From: Batkoa obscura
Taxonomy: Eukaryota
Assembly (NCBI GenBank): GCA_030770535.1
Contig: JASVEC010000106.1
Location: forward strand, 1 to 56,706
Length of the DNA stretch: 56,706 bases
Direction: 5' to 3'
Each line of letters opens with the position of its first letter. Positions within the stretch are counted from its first letter, which is position 1. This document shows positions 51,777-56,706 of the stretch, piece after piece. The notes under the pieces were generated by a model. The model saw only the letters and a program-made list of their open reading frames with translations, had not been told where the DNA came from and did not search any database. Position numbers and translations under genes: made by a program.

Positions 51777-52912
51777 TTACTCAAGGTATTCACTTAATAA
51801 AGCATCATAGTCATCATAAGATACTACGCTTCTTCTGTTTGTACTGTTCTCAGTCCCATTTACATTTTCATCTCTGTTTTCGATCTTAATCTTTTTTTTA
51901 CTCTTTACTATTTTTCCTTTACTGTTGCCATCAGTATTGTCTATATCTTTATACGAAGGCCCTTTTGCCCCATTTCCTGCTTTATACATTGCTTCTTTTT
52001 CATCATCAGAGAAATCTTCGATTGCACTTACTTCTTCATCATAAAAATTTGACGCATCTATACCTTTTTGTTTTAATAACTCAGGCACATTAACATATTT
52101 AATGTCTTTCTCAGTATAATATACTTTACTCCCAATTTGATGTTGTAGTTTAATAGGCTCTGAGCTATTATCTATCTCTTTATTATCTATATCTTCTATT
52201 TTGATATCAGTAGCTACTACTTTATCATCCATATTTCCTACTTTACTATCACTATCTTCTTGATTTACATTACTATCGTTTTTATCTTTTGATTCATTTT
52301 CTTTAAATTTGACTAAATAAAATGGTCTTTCAACAGGGCCAAATGTTTCGTGGATTCTACCAAGAACTTTTCGATTTTCCGATACAACTATAGTTTCAGA
52401 ATCCAAAGCTACTTCTGCGTCATCAATTTTGATCTTTTTATATGCTTGAACAATAAATGTGTTATGATTAATAATATTACTAATCTCTCCTAGATATTCA
52501 ATAGGAATTGTCATATCTAGCTCCTTGGGTAAGGGGAGATCAAAGATAAGTTGGTCTGCAACAATGGTATCTACTTCATGTACTGATTTTATCGGATTTA
52601 AAAAGGGTGGTGTTTCATACAAATCTACTGCTTTTAAACCATCTGAATCGTTATCGCTATTATTGGAGTCAATCGAAGAATCTTCATCGGAACCAAATTT
52701 CATGAAATCTATAATAGGTTAAGTAAATTAAAAAATTAAACATGATCTAAACTTAAGTTACCTTTTTCTTTTTCGGCATATTTTTGTTTATTTAGAATCC
52801 TCCAACTTTTATTTTCACTAACATATTCATTTGGTTTTTTAACTTCTGATTTATCACTTTCGTTTTCAGAATCCGTCAGCTCAATTATCCTATCACTATC
52901 ACTATTACTCAT
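51777..52912 (-). CDS. NAF1: H/ACA RNP assembly factor Naf1 (Gar1/Naf1 domain), one intron ~52710-52761
   Basis: LGRIHETFGPVERPFYLVKF and KGIDASNFYDEEV..EDFSDDEKE motifs. Acidic Ser-rich N-terminus from the ATG at 52912. Confidence 0.9.
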
Positions 52913-53351
52913 TGTATATACTGTCTTTATTAAAAAGAATTAGTATTATCAAGTTTGCTTTTTGGGAAGTATTTTTTAAAAAGCTGTAATTTGCTATTTA
53001 GAATACTTCCTTCTTCCAATCAATAGACTTTGGGGGCAAAGTTAATCCAATCAAAGCCTTCAAAAAACTTAGGGTAGAATTCTCAAAGCTAAGCCTTAAG
53101 CTATTTCCGTGGACTATAACTTTCATTGGTTAAACAAATGCAGAAGTTGGAGACAATTGACCTAAAATTAGTTTTTAGTAAAATTTTGCAAGTTAAATAA
53201 TAAATGAGTAGAGATGTTTAAAAGTTATTAAAAAAGTTTAAATTTTATGTTATAGAAAATGGACAAAATAAAAAAACATTTATTGTTATTTATTATATGA
53301 AATCAAGTTGGTATCTTAATTTAAAATGTTTACATTCATAAAAAATTATTT

Positions 53352-53442
53352 AATATATTTTTTTGTCCAAGAGCCCTACTAATAATTTTTCTACTCAAAT
53401 AGCTCTTAAAATGGAAAAAGTGATAAAATCAAAAAACACCCC
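53352..53442 (+). mobile_element. MITE, left end eroded
   Basis: Family match ending AAACACCCC. Confidence 0.75.
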
Positions 53443-54260
53443 AATTTAATAAAGTTAAACTTTAAGAATTCTTACAGATATTTATTAAAATATGGATATG
53501 TGTGGTGGTAATAAGATAAAGAATTGTCTTAATCTATTTAATTAAATTTTCACATCAAAACTACCTTTCTAGAAACAATAATTTCTATCCATTTTTATTG
53601 TTCAATAACTGAAAGCTATTAAAGCAACACAGGCGGCTTTTCTGTAAATAATATTTAATCACATCTTTTTGAAAAATGTAAAACTCCAACGGTTTAGCAA
53701 TTGACAGCAAAAAATTAACAAAAATTAATCAAAATCATACAATTTATAGTTTTTTGTTTAGTTTTTCTGCTTGCAGTTGTTAAACATCAGAATTTTGTAT
53801 ATTTTTCAAAAAGGTGTATTTCGAATTAGTAAAATTAATAAATAGATAAACAAAAGCAGTTAATGATTGAGTTGATCTTAAATTAAGAAAGTTAATATAT
53901 TGCTAATTATAACATAAATTGTAAAGATTACTGAATTATTACTAAAATCATTGCCAAGACAAAACATTTACGTTACCAATAAAGTCAATTCTAGATTTCT
54001 TAAAACAGTTAAATGATGATTCAAGTTATAGTATAAACACAAGACAGTTAGCAAGATAAAAATTAATTCCAGTTAAAGTTAACTATAACATTAAATATGT
54101 TAGAACAATCAAAATATTAGTAACGATAGTTAAAAACCGAAATTATCTACAGAACTAAATACTATATAAACCATTGAATTTACTCTCTTTAAAATTATCA
54201 ACTTAAACATTTAATTTTTTAATACCCATACATTTAAACTAATACTAAATAATAATCAAT

Positions 54261-54656
54261 ATGAAATTTGCTGCTACCTTTGTTACCATCCTTTTAGCTT
54301 CCGTTGCTGCTCAAGATTCTCAAGATAGTGCTAGTGATGTTGTTGCCTCTGGTAAAAGTGCTGCCTCTAGTGTATCTGCATCTGCTGCTACTGTAATCTC
54401 TGCTGCTAGTGATGCTGCCTCTAAAGCCGTTTCTGGCACTGACTCAGCCACTGGCTCTGATGTCAAGCCAACTGCAAGTGGCTCTGCTGCTGCTAAAGCT
54501 TCTGGTTCTGCTTCAGGCAGTGCAGGTGCTAAAAGCGCTTCAGCTAAGGCAGGTGCTAAGAGTGGAAGTGCTATGAATGCTAATTCAAATGCCTCTCTCT
54601 TAACTTACTCTCCATTATTGGCTTTCGCTTTAATCCCTGCCTCCATGAACTTTTAG
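54261..54656 (+). CDS. Small secreted Ser/Ala-rich protein, probably GPI-anchored cell-wall mannoprotein
   Basis: Signal peptide MKFAATFVTILLASVAA, S/A/G-rich body, an NS/NA omega-like site and a hydrophobic C-terminus. TATA (TATATAAA) at ~54163. Confidence 0.85.
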   Translation: MKFAATFVTILLASVAAQDSQDSASDVVASGKSAASSVSASAATVISAASDAASKAVSGTDSATGSDVKPTASGSAAAKASGSASGSAGAKSASAKAGAKSGSAMNANSNASLLTYSPLLAFALIPASMNF

Positions 54657-55074
54657 AATAACTGCATTTTATTAATAAATATTATAAATTGAATCACGTT
54701 TTTTTTACAAGTTTACTTTATAAGCGTAAAAATTGTTAAAATTTATGATAGTTATAAAATCAATAATTAACTATTTTCAGGTTTTTGAATGACCTGGATT
54801 ACCGAATTTCGTTTATTACAAAAGGTAATATCCATTTTACAAAGCGTTATTTCAAAATCAAAATTTTAATATAAATGTTGTTTTAAAGCCTTATGATTTA
54901 AGTTAAAATTTGCTTTATAAAATAACAGAAAATACTTAGCTGCTATAATTTCTAAAGTAATCTAATAGGATTATTTTAACGGTAATAACTATATAATGTA
55001 CAGCAAATTTGTTTACTAATATAATTCTTTAAATCAAAATTTTAAACTTTATTTGATATTTCGATTTAACATAT

Positions 55075-55169
55075 GGGGTGTTTTTTTAACTTTATTACTT
55101 TTTCCATCTTAAGTATTATTTGAATGAAAAATTTGTTAGTAAAATTCTTAAGTACAAAAATACATCCCC
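55075..55169 (-). mobile_element. MITE
   Basis: GGGG..CCCC, TSD ATAT. Confidence 0.88.
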
Positions 55170-56706
55170 ATATAGTACTGCTTAAATTCTGCTTATAGCT
55201 CTACCTACAAAAAGACCTATAAGACCCCATTAGTTATACTGTACATTAAGTCCTCCAGTTTCCATAATGTCTATAAATAGAGCAAAAGTTGATATAAAAG
55301 CTAATTTCTTTGAATAAATGAACTAGTTTTATTAACACAACCTTAAAGATGCCGAAGACTCCCAAGTGTTTATTTCGGGGGAATAAGATTCTGAACGACT
55401 AACTCGCGAAATGAAGATAGTGTGAAAAGAGATAAAATGACGGGAGAGAAAAGGAGACGGATGAGCTATTTCTTAGAGGCCCAAAACGATAAGGTTGACA
55501 ATTGCTTAAAAAACGCCTTGTATTAAATCATTTACGTTACATTTATGTTAAATACATCTTAAATTTTGATTGTAGTTATCAAAGTATAATCAATACGCAA
55601 TTTTTAAGTCGAATAATATTTGCCCATTTTTAATGGAATATAGTTGAGATTATACATTATAATTTAAATTTACCATAATTTTAGTATAATCAATTGTTTG
55701 ATATTAAAGTTGAATAAATAAAACAATAAGAGCTATTTACAAATAATAATAAAAAGGACTTTAGAATAAATTAAATATTATACAAGTATGGAAAGCTCTT
55801 AAAGTTAATATAAGTTATCTTGAATTATTATTTTTCACAATAGGTTAAATATGGAACAAATCATGTTTCCCTCCTCAAATTGTTTAGTAAATTGGGGTAC
55901 TATTAATTAAATGAGTATAGAAGTTGCATTATACGTGAATATAAAAAGATAATAGGATAATAAACAGGCATTCAATAATAAAAATTCTAAAACACTTTCC
56001 TTCCTTCTGTGGCAAGAAATGTGGAGGCAATTTAAAATAAATAAATTTAAATTGATCCTTTTCTCATTTTGGGAAAATTACTTTATTATTAGCAGAATGC
56101 TTTAAGAATATATTTTTTCCCTGTAATCTAATGATAGTCTCTTCCCCCTTCCCTTTAGATTACCCCTCATAAATCAAAACATTTAGGAGTCTGTACAACT
56201 TTTCAAGGTTATTAAAAAAGAAAAAAGAAGTTTTTGAAATAATTTTATATCATGTTGTTAAAAAGTAATTGGTTTGATAATATAGAGCTCATTACAAAAT
56301 GTTATAAAAAACAACTTATTAGAAACGTAATAGAATAATTACTTGAGATTAGAATGACTTTGACGATGACAAGTTGAAGTAATAATTTATTATTAATTGT
56401 CACAACATTAAAATAAAAATTAGCCGCCAGTTTTTTTATTGAAGTGATTTAAAAAACGAAAGTGCACTAAAGGTCAGCAGTTGAAAGTTAAATAAATAGT
56501 TTGAATTTTTTTTAGAAAAATTCTTTATTTTATATCTAATTTTTATTATATTAAAATAATACAAAATAGACCTAACAAAAATGAGTCGTATCAAAATAAT
56601 TATATAATGCAAAACCATAAGCATTTAGATTTATGCTTTATATTTCAAATAAAAGTTTGATTTTAATTAGGTTTCTGATAGTTCCCAGGCATGGGAAGAG
56701 TAAAGA

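Noticed and set aside
56691..56706. ATG GGA AGA GTA AAG (MGRVK), resembling a MADS-box or ribosomal protein start
   Set aside because: Only five codons before the window ends.

Overview
Very AT-rich eukaryotic DNA with short (~40-60 nt) GT-AG introns, most likely from an early-diverging fungus (inference from intron size, ubiquitin sequence and a lanosterol-type oxidosqualene cyclase). Two gene-rich arms flank a ~30 kb repeat-dominated interior (~18-48 kb). The left arm carries an unknown coiled-coil gene, a Nam8/Ngr1-like 3xRRM gene, hexa-ubiquitin, ERG7 and a two-domain expansin-like gene. The right arm carries an Atg14/Vps38-like gene, LOA1/VPS66, NAF1 and a GPI-type Ser/Ala-rich protein. 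The interior holds five copies or derivatives of a ~2.4 kb cut-and-paste transposon with GGG..CCC termini, ~21 bp TIRs, 4-bp TSDs and a broken DDD transposase resembling Sola2. It also holds TG..CA LTR-like repeats, a decayed LINE RT and one small orphan gene. More than 40 copies or fragments of a ~98 bp MITE with the same termini and TSD type are spread over the whole window. Main findings: (1) the Sola2-like transposon/MITE pair, which nests into itself and re-uses its own TSDs; (2) an ~860 bp inversion between near-identical MITEs, supported by a rejoined LTR-like element and its TSD; (3) mosaic transposase copies; (4) localized C>T/G>A hypermutation; (5) a candidate poison 3' splice site in the Nam8-like gene. 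All coordinates were read by eye and exon boundaries are predictions.
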